Assembly (NCBI GenBank): GCA_938009745.1
Contig: CALLII010000023.1
Location: 2,458 to 66,457 of the forward strand
DNA: 64,000 nucleotides
Direction of reading: 5' to 3'
From: an uncultured Flavobacteriales bacterium
GTDB lineage: Bacteria; Bacteroidota; Bacteroidia; Flavobacteriales_D; CAJJDF01
Part shown: one piece after another, positions 55,616 to 64,000 of the stretch
Position numbering within the stretch: the stretch's first letter is position 1
Layout: each line of letters opens with the position of its first letter
Position numbers and translations under genes: made by a program
Notes under the pieces: model-generated
Seen by the model: only the letters and a program-made list of their open reading frames with translations
The model's database searches: none
Told to the model about the DNA's origin: nothing

Positions 55616-57022
55616 TTATGTATTTTTTTCTTTAACGATTTGCGCTAACATTTCTGCTTCCGAAACTAACACTCCATTAACGTATGCTTTTCCTTTCATA
55701 TTAACTAATCCTCTTCTAATTGGGCTAATAAGCTCTAAATCGAAAACAATAGTATCTCCAGGAATTACTTTCTTTTTGTACCTCACATTATCAATTTTAA
55801 GGAAATAAGTGGAGTAATTTTCAGGATCTTCTACTTGGTTAAGTGCAAAAACTCCACCAGTTTGTGCCATTGCTTCAATTTGAAGTACACCTGGCATTAC
55901 TGGGTTTCCAGGGAAATGTCCTTGAAAAAATGGTTCGTTAAGGGTTACGTTTTTAACTCCAACAATTCCATTTTCAGTTAACTCCATAATCTTGTCAATT
56001 AACAAAAATGGATATCTGTGAGGAATCATATTCGATATATCATTGATATCAAAAAGTGGGTCTTTGGTTAAATCAAAATGCTTTCTTTTATCATTTTTTT
56101 CCTCAAGCATTTTTGCTTTCAGGAGTTTTCCAAATTCTGTATTACCAAAATGGCCTGGTCTGGCACTAAGTATATGTCCTTTAATTCTTCGTCCAACTAA
56201 GGCTAAATCTCCTACTATATCAAGTAATTTGTGTCTTGCAGGTTCGTTAGGGAATCTAAGTTTTGTCGTATTTAATACACCAATTCCATCTAGTTTTATC
56301 TCTAAGTCTTCTTTTCCTAGTAATGTTCTCAGTTTAGATATTTCTTCTTCAGAGATGTTTTCTCTTTCAACAAGAACAATAGCATTATTTAAATCACCTC
56401 CTTTTATTAACCCGTTACTGGCTAAATATTCTAATTCTCTTAAAAAAACGAAAGTTCTACAAGTAGAAATCTCCTCTTTAAAATTAGCAAGTTTCATCAT
56501 AGAAGCATGCTGAGTTCCTAGTGCGGGAGAACCATAATCTACCATTACGGTAATTCTATAATTTTCATCTGGCACTGCAAGGAATTCAATTCCTTTGTCA
56601 GCAACTTCAAATTTTATAGTGTCTTTAATTATAAAATAATCTCTTTGTTTATCTTGATCTTCAATCCCTACTTTTTCAATTGCATCAATAAACATTCTTG
56701 AACTTCCGTCCATTATTGGGATTTCTGGTCCATCAACCTGAATAATAGCATTATCTATTCCTGTTGAATAAATCCCTGCTAAACAATGTTCTGTTGTATG
56801 GATTTTAGCTCCATTTTGCTCAAGTGTTGTTCCTCTTTGGGTTTCTGTAACACGAGTTACATCTGCATCAATCATTGGTTGTCCTTCCAAATCCATTCTT
56901 TGGAATTTGTAACCGTGATTTGCAGGAGCAGGTAAAATACTAAGTTTAGTTTTTACACCTGTATGTAGGCCAATTCCTTCAAGAGTAACGGCCGATTTTA
57001 TAGTTTTTTGATTGTCAGTCAT
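55616..57022 (-). CDS. lpxC/fabZ: Bifunctional LpxC/FabZ
   Basis: GIGLHTG, TTEHCLA, EIPIMDGSS, HKLLD (LpxC); IPHRYPFLLID, FQGHFPGNPVMPGVLQIEAMAQ (FabZ). Confidence 0.97.
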   Translation of the reverse strand: MTDNQKTIKSAVTLEGIGLHTGVKTKLSILPAPANHGYKFQRMDLEGQPMIDADVTRVTETQRGTTLEQNGAKIHTTEHCLAGIYSTGIDNAIIQVDGPEIPIMDGSSRMFIDAIEKVGIEDQDKQRDYFIIKDTIKFEVADKGIEFLAVPDENYRITVMVDYGSPALGTQHASMMKLANFKEEISTCRTFVFLRELEYLASNGLIKGGDLNNAIVLVERENISEEEISKLRTLLGKEDLEIKLDGIGVLNTTKLRFPNEPARHKLLDIVGDLALVGRRIKGHILSARPGHFGNTEFGKLLKAKMLEEKNDKRKHFDLTKDPLFDINDISNMIPHRYPFLLIDKIMELTENGIVGVKNVTLNEPFFQGHFPGNPVMPGVLQIEAMAQTGGVFALNQVEDPENYSTYFLKIDNVRYKKKVIPGDTIVFDLELISPIRRGLVNMKGKAYVNGVLVSEAEMLAQIVKEKNT

Positions 57023-57035
57023 AGTAAGTTTCTTT

Positions 57036-58067
57036 TTAGTTAGAGAGTTTTTTTTCTAACTCATCTACTTTTCTTTTAAGGTCGGGTAAACCTCTGTAAA
57101 CAACATAAGATCTTTTGTAATCTCCAATAGGAAATGCTGGAGAGCCTTGCACGATTTGCCCTTTTTCTGTGATTGTGTGTCCTACTCCAGACTGTGCAGC
57201 AATTTTTACTTCATCCGCAATTGTTATGTGACCCACAATTCCTACTTGCCCACCAATCATACAGTTTTTACCAATTTTGGTTGATCCTGCAATTCCAGTT
57301 TGAGCTGCAATTACTGTGTTTTCGCCAATTTCTACATTATGAGCTACTTGAATTAAATTATCCAATTTCACTCCTTTTCTTATTATTGTTGAGCCAAGAG
57401 TAGCTCTATCTATAGTTGTGTTCGATCCAATTTCTACATGGTCTTCTAAAATCGCGTTACCAATCTGTGGTACTTTACTGTAGTTTCCTTTGCTATTTGG
57501 AACAAATCCAAATCCATCTCCACCAATGATTACACCAGAATGTAGTGTGCAAGATTTTCCAATAAGGCAATCAGAGTATACTCTAACTCCTGCAAAAAAC
57601 ATGCAGTCATCACCAATTTTTACATTGTCTCCAATGTATGAGTTTGGATAAATATGAACATTGTTGCCTACTGTTACATTATCTCCAATAGAACAATTTG
57701 AACCTATGTATACCTCTTCGCCAATAATTGCCGAATCTGAAATATAACTACTTGGATGAATCCCTGATTTTTTTCTTTTTACTTGATTGTAAATTTCCAA
57801 TAATTTAGCGAATGCAGCTTGAGCGCTTTCCACTTTTATTAGAGTACAAGTATCTGGAATAGATTTGCTTGGGTTAAAACTCTTATCTACAATAACAATA
57901 GAAGCACCTGTGGTATACAAGTATTCTTCATATTTTAAGTTTGATAAAAATGAAAGGGTATTTGGTTGACCTTCCTCTATTTTTGATAGGTTGTTCACAG
58001 AAATATTTTCGTTTCCTACAACAGTACCTTCAAGTAACCCAGCTATTTGTGATGCGATAAAATCCAT
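57036..58067 (-). CDS. lpxD: UDP-3-O-(3-hydroxyacyl)glucosamine N-acyltransferase
   Basis: LSFLSNLKY, hexapeptide repeats, IGGDGFGF, KVPQIG, IDRATLG, KLDNLIQVAHNV. Confidence 0.97.
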   Translation of the reverse strand: MDFIASQIAGLLEGTVVGNENISVNNLSKIEEGQPNTLSFLSNLKYEEYLYTTGASIVIVDKSFNPSKSIPDTCTLIKVESAQAAFAKLLEIYNQVKRKKSGIHPSSYISDSAIIGEEVYIGSNCSIGDNVTVGNNVHIYPNSYIGDNVKIGDDCMFFAGVRVYSDCLIGKSCTLHSGVIIGGDGFGFVPNSKGNYSKVPQIGNAILEDHVEIGSNTTIDRATLGSTIIRKGVKLDNLIQVAHNVEIGENTVIAAQTGIAGSTKIGKNCMIGGQVGIVGHITIADEVKIAAQSGVGHTITEKGQIVQGSPAFPIGDYKRSYVVYRGLPDLKRKVDELEKKLSN

Positions 58068-58072
58068 TATAA

Positions 58073-58080
58073 CAAATGTA
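58073..58080 (-). promoter_or_regulatory. -7 promoter element immediately upstream of lpxD
   Basis: TACATTTG on the minus strand, ending 5 nt before the ATG. Confidence 0.55.
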
Positions 58081-58161
58081 ACAATAATATTAGGATTTGG
58101 AAGTCGTAATTAACTCGACTAATAACAATGGAATGTTGAAATAAAAGTCTCTTTTATTTCT

Positions 58162-58563
58162 TTAAATCATTACACCTAATTCATTGATAATAGGTACGTT
58201 TATTGAGTTAAAATGCGAGATTGATTCTGCAAGAAAAATATACTTTTTATCATACATTTTTTTATCAATATAAAAACTCAACCAAAACTCATTACTCAAG
58301 GCAAATAGTTCTTCAGGCAACTCTTCTATTCTTTTGTAAGTCTTAGGTTCTACTTCATCTAATGAATGACGAAAAGTAGCTGTTTTTTTATGTTCTCCCT
58401 CTATTTCGCCATATCCTCGAGTAGAAACTAAAACTCCTTCTAGTTTTTCGTTTCTATTATTAATTAAATAGGCTACCCATTCGGTTTCATCAAATTCATT
58501 TTTACGACCTATTACAGCAATATAAACGTCTTTTACTTCGGGTTGGATTAAGTCTTTCTTCAT
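58162..58563 (-). CDS. Conserved hypothetical protein
   Basis: MKKD...P.V, W..YLIN, VLVSTRGYG, KTATFRH, KKYIFLAESI; plausible coding sequence in the lipB operon. Confidence 0.75.
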   Translation of the reverse strand: MKKDLIQPEVKDVYIAVIGRKNEFDETEWVAYLINNRNEKLEGVLVSTRGYGEIEGEHKKTATFRHSLDEVEPKTYKRIEELPEELFALSNEFWLSFYIDKKMYDKKYIFLAESISHFNSINVPIINELGVMI

Positions 58564-58587
58564 ATAAAATTTAGAGAAATAATGGGG

Positions 58588-59301
58588 TTATTTAACCACA
58601 TCAAAATCGAATAGATTAGATAAATTAATTAATAATTTTTTCTTTACTTCAGTGATGTCAACTTCCTTACCAAGTTCATTTTGCATTGATGTAACTGCTT
58701 TGTCATCAATGCCACAAGGAACTATATTTTTAAATAAAGATAAGTCGGTATTTACATTAAATGCAAATCCGTGCATAGTAACCCACCTGCTACATTTTAC
58801 TCCTAGTGCACAAATTTTCCTTGATTTTATAGGGTCATCAATATCTAACCAAACTCCAGTTAAGCCATCTATTCTTCCAGATTTAATTCCGTATTCTTCT
58901 AAAGTAAGAATTACTCCTTCCTCTATAAATCTTAAGTATTTATGAATATCAGTAAAAAAATTATCTAGGTCAAAGATTGGGTAACCAACTATTTGCCCTG
59001 GACCATGATAAGTAATATCCCCTCCACGATTTATTTTATGATAGGATATATTATTGTCTTCTAGCTGAGTGGAATTCATTAATAAATGAGATTCCTTACC
59101 ACTTTTTCCCAATGTGTAAACATGAGGATGCTCACAGAAAATCAAATGATTTTTGGTAGGTTCAGCAACCAAACCATTATCCTCTTTTTTACGGTTAGTT
59201 GATTTAACAGCAATGGTCTCTTCAAAAATCTTGGTTTGATAATCCCAAGCTTCTTGATACTCCATCAGTCCTATATCTTCGAAAATTACTTTTTTGTTCA
59301 C
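58588..59301 (-). CDS. lipB: Lipoyl(octanoyl) transferase
   Basis: CEHPHVYTLG, RGGDITYHGPGQ, RKICALG, TMHGFAFN, IVPCGI. Confidence 0.97.
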   Translation of the reverse strand: MNKKVIFEDIGLMEYQEAWDYQTKIFEETIAVKSTNRKKEDNGLVAEPTKNHLIFCEHPHVYTLGKSGKESHLLMNSTQLEDNNISYHKINRGGDITYHGPGQIVGYPIFDLDNFFTDIHKYLRFIEEGVILTLEEYGIKSGRIDGLTGVWLDIDDPIKSRKICALGVKCSRWVTMHGFAFNVNTDLSLFKNIVPCGIDDKAVTSMQNELGKEVDITEVKKKLLINLSNLFDFDVVK

Positions 59302-59305
59302 GAAA

Positions 59306-60289
59306 TTAGTGTTTGCTCAACTCATTTTTAAGTCTGTCAATCACTTTTATCTCAATTGAATCTACTCCATATTCATCTGCAAGGTAAAGAGATATCCAAT
59401 CAGTTAGTAAAATTAGATACAAGGTTTTTTCGATAAGACTCTCTCCTTTTGAAAATGCTTCTACAACTGTTTTGGTTTTTCCGGAGATAACCTCTTTAGA
59501 AATATTCATTCTTACTTGGTTTCTTTGATTATCAGACTCATTCCTTAGGAATATAGCCGAAAAATTTTCGTTTCCACCAGTCCAACCTAGCAACTCATTG
59601 TGATTCATTTCTGGGATAACATTACTAAATGCAAGAGCTTTTGAGTTTTCATTAATTTGTTGCTTAAATCGTGTTCCAACTCCAGCAAAACTTGCATCTG
59701 TATAAGCTAAAATAGTTGTGTTTTTCACAAGACTAGTAATTTCTTTTGCCTCTGTCTTTATGTTTTCAATTTCAGAATCTAATAATGTAATACTAGCTTC
59801 TAATTCTTTTTTAAACCCATCTCCAATTAATTTATAATTATTAAAAACAAATAATAATTGGGTTAATGAGAACGTAAGCATTGCTCTTGGAGGATTTCCT
59901 CCAGGTACAATAATGTGATTCAAATTATGTTCTTCACTAATCTTTTTTACTTTACCTCCTGATGTGATACATGCAATCTCACAATTTCTTTTTATGGCCT
60001 CTTCTAGGGCAGAAACGGTTTCTTCTGTATCCCCAGAATAGGATGAAATTATAACAAGTGTATTTTCATTAACAAAGTTAGGTAATGAGTATGTGTTATG
60101 AGTTATTATTGGAATGCTTGTTTGATTTTCTGAAATTTGTGAAACTATCTTCCCACCAATTCCAGAACCTCCTAGTCCGCAAATAATAACGTTATTTATA
60201 TTTTTATTTAATGGTTTTAAATCCGAATTCAATCCGATTTCGTATGCTTCTTGTAATTGAGTTGTAAATTTTGAAATAAATTGTAACAT
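59306..60289 (-). CDS. Bifunctional phosphoglucose/phosphomannose isomerase (SIS family)
   Basis: GLGGSGIGG, SSYSGDTEET, TSGGK, PGGNPPRA, QQINENSK, PEMNHNE. Confidence 0.9.
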   Translation of the reverse strand: MLQFISKFTTQLQEAYEIGLNSDLKPLNKNINNVIICGLGGSGIGGKIVSQISENQTSIPIITHNTYSLPNFVNENTLVIISSYSGDTEETVSALEEAIKRNCEIACITSGGKVKKISEEHNLNHIIVPGGNPPRAMLTFSLTQLLFVFNNYKLIGDGFKKELEASITLLDSEIENIKTEAKEITSLVKNTTILAYTDASFAGVGTRFKQQINENSKALAFSNVIPEMNHNELLGWTGGNENFSAIFLRNESDNQRNQVRMNISKEVISGKTKTVVEAFSKGESLIEKTLYLILLTDWISLYLADEYGVDSIEIKVIDRLKNELSKH

Positions 60290-60446
60290 GGTTGTTTAAT
60301 TTTTGTTTTGATTTTGTCTGTAAGTTAATATAGCTTTACTCGACTTTTAATAATAAGTTCAGTGCAATATTATTATCAATTCATGAAATTATAAAAAAAA
60401 ATCGTTCAGAAGACGATAAACTAAGTTAAACTAACATAAACTAGTG

Positions 60447-60779
60447 ATGAAAACATATTACAACCCAGATGATTTAAAAAAATTCGGTAAAATTGGTGAA
60501 TTTCAAAAGCCACTTGCTGATAAATTCTTCTCTTATTATGGAGATGTTTTTAAGGAAGGAGCATTAACAGAAAGAGAAAAGTCTTTAATAGCTTTAGCTG
60601 TATCACATGCTGTGCAATGCCCTTATTGTATTGATGCATACACGGTTGATACATTAGAAAAAGGGTGTGATGAAGAAGAAATGATGGAAGCAGTGCATGT
60701 AGCAGCTGCAATAAGAAGTGGAGCTACTTTGGTACACGGAGTTCAAATGATGAATAAGACCAAGGAGGTTTCAATGTAA
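60447..60779 (+). CDS. AhpD/CMD-family peroxidase-like protein associated with ArsS
   Basis: ALTEREKSLIALAVSHAVQCPYCIDAY, EAVHVAAAIRSGA. ATG at 60447, alternative GTG at 60444. Confidence 0.88.
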   Translation: MKTYYNPDDLKKFGKIGEFQKPLADKFFSYYGDVFKEGALTEREKSLIALAVSHAVQCPYCIDAYTVDTLEKGCDEEEMMEAVHVAAAIRSGATLVHGVQMMNKTKEVSM

Positions 60780-60787
60780 AAATAGAT

Positions 60788-61852
60788 ATGAGCACAGCCA
60801 CAAAAAGTTTAAAAAAGCAGAATAGTGAATTTTCTGATATTGATTACCAATTAAAGGTTTTACATAACGGGGTAAAAGATCAAAATCTGGATAGTTTTTC
60901 TACAAAACTAAAGGAGACAAATTTATTTCCACTTACTACTACTGGTTTGGATATTTTTCAAATTAATATGGGTAAGATGTGTAACCAAGTTTGTTCGCAT
61001 TGTCATGTAGATGCTGGCCCTGACAGGAAGGAAATTATGAGTAAAGAAACTCTTCAGGAGTGTCTGGATGCAATTGCTAAATCTGAAATAAAAACTGTTG
61101 ATTTAACTGGAGGAGCCCCGGAAATGAATCCTCACTTTAGGTGGTTTGTTGAAGAGGCTTATAAGTTAGACTGTAAGGTAATCGTAAGATGTAATTTGAC
61201 GATTATAGTAGCAAATAAGAAGTATTTTGATTTACCAGAGTTTTATAAAGAAAACGAAGTTGAGATTGTAAGTTCATTACCTCACTACAGTGAAAAAAAG
61301 ACCGATAGTCAAAGAGGGGACGGAGTTTTTGACAGAAGTATTAGAGCTCTTAAAATGTTAAATGAAGTTGGATACGGAATAGAAGGTTCTGGATTGACTC
61401 TAAACCTAGTTTACAACCCTTCAGGAGCATTTTTACCTCCAAGTCAATCGGGTTTGGAAAAGCAGTTTAAAAGAAAATTGAAAAAAGATTTTGATATTGA
61501 ATTCAACTCTTTGTTTGCTATCACAAATATTCCAATTAGTAGATATTTAGATTACTTAGTAGCAAGTGAAAATTTTATGGGTTACATGGAAAAACTAGTA
61601 AACTCATACAATCCAACTGCTGCTGAAGGTGTAATGTGTAGGAATACTATTTCTGTAGGTTGGGATGGTTACTTATATGATTGTGACTTTAACCAAATGC
61701 TTGAGTTAAAAGTAGCTGTTGCCGATAAAAAACGTCAGCACGTTAAGGACTTTGATTCACAAACACTAATTGATAGAAAAATAATTGTAAACGAGCATTG
61801 TTTTGGTTGTACTGCAGGTGCAGGTTCAAGTTGTGGTGGGGAAATAGCCTAG
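60788..61852 (+). CDS. arsS: Radical SAM protein, ArsS (arsenosugar biosynthesis)/DUF3641 family
   Basis: QINMGKMCNQVCSHCHVDAGP, DLTGGAPE, YDCDFNQM, C-terminal HCFGCTAGAGSSCGG. Confidence 0.88.
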   Translation: MSTATKSLKKQNSEFSDIDYQLKVLHNGVKDQNLDSFSTKLKETNLFPLTTTGLDIFQINMGKMCNQVCSHCHVDAGPDRKEIMSKETLQECLDAIAKSEIKTVDLTGGAPEMNPHFRWFVEEAYKLDCKVIVRCNLTIIVANKKYFDLPEFYKENEVEIVSSLPHYSEKKTDSQRGDGVFDRSIRALKMLNEVGYGIEGSGLTLNLVYNPSGAFLPPSQSGLEKQFKRKLKKDFDIEFNSLFAITNIPISRYLDYLVASENFMGYMEKLVNSYNPTAAEGVMCRNTISVGWDGYLYDCDFNQMLELKVAVADKKRQHVKDFDSQTLIDRKIIVNEHCFGCTAGAGSSCGGEIA

Positions 61853-62445
61853 AATTTAGTATTACAGTTACAAGGTTCTGTCATTAAAACTTTGCAGTTT
61901 GGGACAAGCGTTTCAATTCTTTTTTGGTCAGCTTCTGATATTTCAATCATCCTTAAGTCCAATCTTTTTAAATTTGAGAGTTTGCTAATTTCAATCGATA
62001 CATCTTCTACACTGTTTCTAAACAAGTCGAGTTCCTCAAGTGAATCAAGGCCAGCTATATAGCTCGGTATTGAAGTAATTTCATTGTCGGCAAAGCTAAT
62101 TTTTTTCAACCTTTTCATTGAACAAATTTCTACAGGAAATTCCTGAAATCTATTTGACTTAATAATTAATGTCTGAAGTTTAGATAAAGTTGAAAACTCT
62201 TTTGGTAAAGAGTCTATTTTATTTTTACTTAAATCGAGAAATTCTAAGTTTTTAAAGTTTAAAATTTCTTTAGGAAACTCCTTTAGTTTTTTTCTGATTA
62301 ATTTCAGGTGAGTTACCTCATTGGGAGTTTTCATTGCTTCTTCTAAACTTTTAAATACTATTGGGTTTTCATTTAAACCAATAAAAGAACTAACCAATAT
62401 TCCAGCTGTTAATATAAATGAGAAGATGTAAATGTATTTTTTCAT
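61849..62445 (-). CDS. Exported leucine-rich repeat protein
   Basis: LxxLxLxxNxIxxLP repeats, N-terminal hydrophobic segment, C-terminal PCNC. Confidence 0.88.
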   Translation of the reverse strand: MKKYIYIFSFILTAGILVSSFIGLNENPIVFKSLEEAMKTPNEVTHLKLIRKKLKEFPKEILNFKNLEFLDLSKNKIDSLPKEFSTLSKLQTLIIKSNRFQEFPVEICSMKRLKKISFADNEITSIPSYIAGLDSLEELDLFRNSVEDVSIEISKLSNLKRLDLRMIEISEADQKRIETLVPNCKVLMTEPCNCNTKF

Positions 62446-62562
62446 AATTCAGTCATAATTCGTTATAAACGAATACTTTTATTAAATGTAAGCAAGTATT
62501 ATTCCAATTCGATAATAAAATATAGAATTTTTATAAGTCAAAAATACTTTTAACTTTAACTC

Positions 62563-62820
62563 ATGGCAAAATTAAAGCTCGATTTACACGATATTTATAA
62601 TAAAGGTGGTTTAATTGAAAAGGAGCTGAATAGGATAATAGAAGAGGCTTTGGAAAAGAAAATTAAAGAGGTTGAAATTATTCCTGGAAAAGGATCAGGC
62701 CAATTAAAGAAAAAAGTGATTCGCTTTTTGGAACAAAAACACATCAAAAATAAATACCACAGGATAGATAAAGACAGTAAAAACCATGGAAGACTGTTCG
62801 TTTACTTTAAATTCAAGTAA
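62563..62820 (+). CDS. Stand-alone Smr/MutS2-domain protein
   Basis: KLDLHD, EIIPGKGSGQLKKKV..FL. Confidence 0.88.
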   Translation: MAKLKLDLHDIYNKGGLIEKELNRIIEEALEKKIKEVEIIPGKGSGQLKKKVIRFLEQKHIKNKYHRIDKDSKNHGRLFVYFKFK

Positions 62821-62890
62821 ACACTAGAGCAAGAAATCTTCAAATCGCAATAATTTGTTTATTTTTGAAAACAATTTTAAAACAACATTA

Positions 62891-63682
62891 ATGAAAAAGT
62901 TAATTTTAATACTAGCAACTGTTCTAATTTCTCAATGGGTTGTATCTCAGAGTCAATTTCGTTTTGGACTTAAAGTCGCACCTTCTTTTAACTGGATGAA
63001 ACCAGATGACGTTAAAAAATTCGAAAACGGAGGAACTACTTTAGGTTTTAACTGGGGACTAACAGGAGAATATGCTTTAAGTGAGAACTTCAGCTTTTAT
63101 TCTGGACTTGAATTAAACCATGAAAAAGGAAAGATTAATTTCTTAGAAACCAATAAGGCATATTATTTCATGAATGACAGATATGACTTTATTGAAACTA
63201 AAGAAGAGAATGGAGTAAGAGTACCAGAAGACACAACTGGATACCTTCTTCAACTAAAATCGAGAAGTTACAAGAGTACTTATGTAACAATTCCAATAGG
63301 GATAAAGATGAAAACTAAAGAGATTGGTTACATGACTTACTTTGGTGAGTTTGGATTAAACTTAGCTTTTAGAACAGGAACTAAGGTTACTGACGAAGTA
63401 GATTATTTAAATAATAATGATGCTAAAGCTAACCTAAGTGATATATCAGAAGTAAACATGGATAGAGATATGCAACCACTTAGAGTTCAGTTAAGAGTTG
63501 GTTTAGGAACTGAATATGCAGTATCTGAAGGAACTTCTTTATTTGGAGCAATTCACTACAATTTAGGATTTACTAATGTTGTAAGAGGTGATTCAAGATA
63601 TTTAATAAACGATCAATCAAAACAATTTACTCAAAAAATAAGTGCTCACGGGATTCAGGTTACCGTAGGAGTTTTATTTTAG
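62891..63682 (+). CDS. Outer membrane beta-barrel protein (PorT-like/OMP family)
   Basis: Signal peptide, FRFGLK, YVTIPIGIKMKT, alternating beta strands, C-terminal GVLF. Start placed at ATG 62891. Confidence 0.8.
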   Translation: MKKLILILATVLISQWVVSQSQFRFGLKVAPSFNWMKPDDVKKFENGGTTLGFNWGLTGEYALSENFSFYSGLELNHEKGKINFLETNKAYYFMNDRYDFIETKEENGVRVPEDTTGYLLQLKSRSYKSTYVTIPIGIKMKTKEIGYMTYFGEFGLNLAFRTGTKVTDEVDYLNNNDAKANLSDISEVNMDRDMQPLRVQLRVGLGTEYAVSEGTSLFGAIHYNLGFTNVVRGDSRYLINDQSKQFTQKISAHGIQVTVGVLF

Positions 63683-63706
63683 AAACTAGTTTATAATTAT
63701 TAAAAG

Positions 63707-63736
63707 AAACACCTATTTTTATGTAGGTGTTTTTTT
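63707..63736 (+). terminator. Intrinsic terminator
   Basis: AAACACCTAT-6 nt-GTAGGTGTTT followed by a T-run. Confidence 0.7.
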
Positions 63737-63757
63737 ATATCCAAAAATTAAAGAATA

Positions 63758-64000
63758 ATGCAAACAGAAAAAGTAATAAACCACATAGTAAAATGGCTAG
63801 ATGATTATGCTACGAAAGCCGGAATAGAAGGATTTGTATTAGGGATATCAGGTGGTATAGATTCTGCTGTAACTTCTACTTTGTGTGCTATGACAGGTAA
63901 AAAACTAATTTGTTTGAATTTACCAATCCATCAAGCACCTAATCAATTTGAAAGAAGTAACAAGCACATAGCTTGGCTTAAAGAAAACTTCACTGGAGTA
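63758..64000 (+). CDS. nadE: 5' part of NH3-dependent NAD+ synthetase (runs off the window; not in ORF track)
   Basis: Manual translation MQTEKVINHIVKWLDDYATKAGIEGFVLGISGGIDSAVTSTLCA (SGGxDS loop). Confidence 0.92.
   Translation, partial: MQTEKVINHIVKWLDDYATKAGIEGFVLGISGGIDSAVTSTLCAMTGKKLICLNLPIHQAPNQFERSNKHIAWLKENFTGV

Noticed and set aside
55616-57022. LpxC-FabZ fusion as a novelty
   Set aside because: Well known in Bacteroidota.
1801-58945. Numerous short ORF-track entries (e.g. 1801-1983, 2499-2831, 11043-11300, 40412-40864, 56043-56513, 55413-55808)
   Set aside because: They are antisense or alternative-frame shadows of well-supported genes, with no recognisable motifs.
60447-61852. 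Selenocysteine recoding in ArsS or its partner
   Set aside because: Both frames are open with Cys codons; no in-frame TGA.
1766-62891. Longer ORF-track starts for tlpA-like (1766), rfbB (21773), nfu (25341), murI (34363), der (37930), dcp (40103) and the barrel gene (62855)
   Set aside because: Downstream ATGs give the family-typical N-termini or signal peptides, and several upstream extensions overlap promoter elements or terminators.
1-64000. tRNA, rRNA, riboswitch, CRISPR array, IS or prophage
   Set aside because: Intergenic regions are short and AT-rich. I saw no T-loop/CCA signatures, regularly spaced repeats, or transposase/phage ORFs by eye; an Infernal/tRNAscan run would confirm.

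Overview
AT-rich, gene-dense chromosomal window from a Bacteroidota bacterium, probably a Flavobacteriales lineage. This is inferred from the T9SS/gliding genes, the LpxC-FabZ fusion, TAnnTTTG promoter elements and A-rich translation starts without a Shine-Dalgarno sequence. It is mostly core genome. The first 22 kb hold an unusually dense set of type IX secretion/gliding genes (sprA 5' end, a type-A CTD cargo, sprE/porW, gldB, porP, gldKLMN). Housekeeping genes include ruvA, tatA, gatA, miaB, topA, rfbB, sodA, nfuA-like, tadA, cdd, pdhA/pdhC, murI, der, dcp, recQ, lpxD/lpxC-fabZ/lpxA, lipB and the 5' end of nadE. I saw no tRNA, rRNA, CRISPR array, prophage or transposase. The best candidates for uncharacterised systems are: (1) a three-lipoprotein YHYH / MORN-like / SCO operon, possibly for envelope copper handling; (2) an exported PIG-L deacetylase, an unannotated 45-aa membrane protein, a Na+/solute symporter and a DUF2911 protein in one probable operon; (3) an ArsS radical-SAM plus AhpD-like pair without its usual arsM and glycosyltransferase partners. 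Two apparent pseudo-enzymes (an M23 and a ureohydrolase) and an inverted ATTCCC-N8-GGGAAT REP doublet also stand out. All family calls come from motif recognition by eye; no database search was run.
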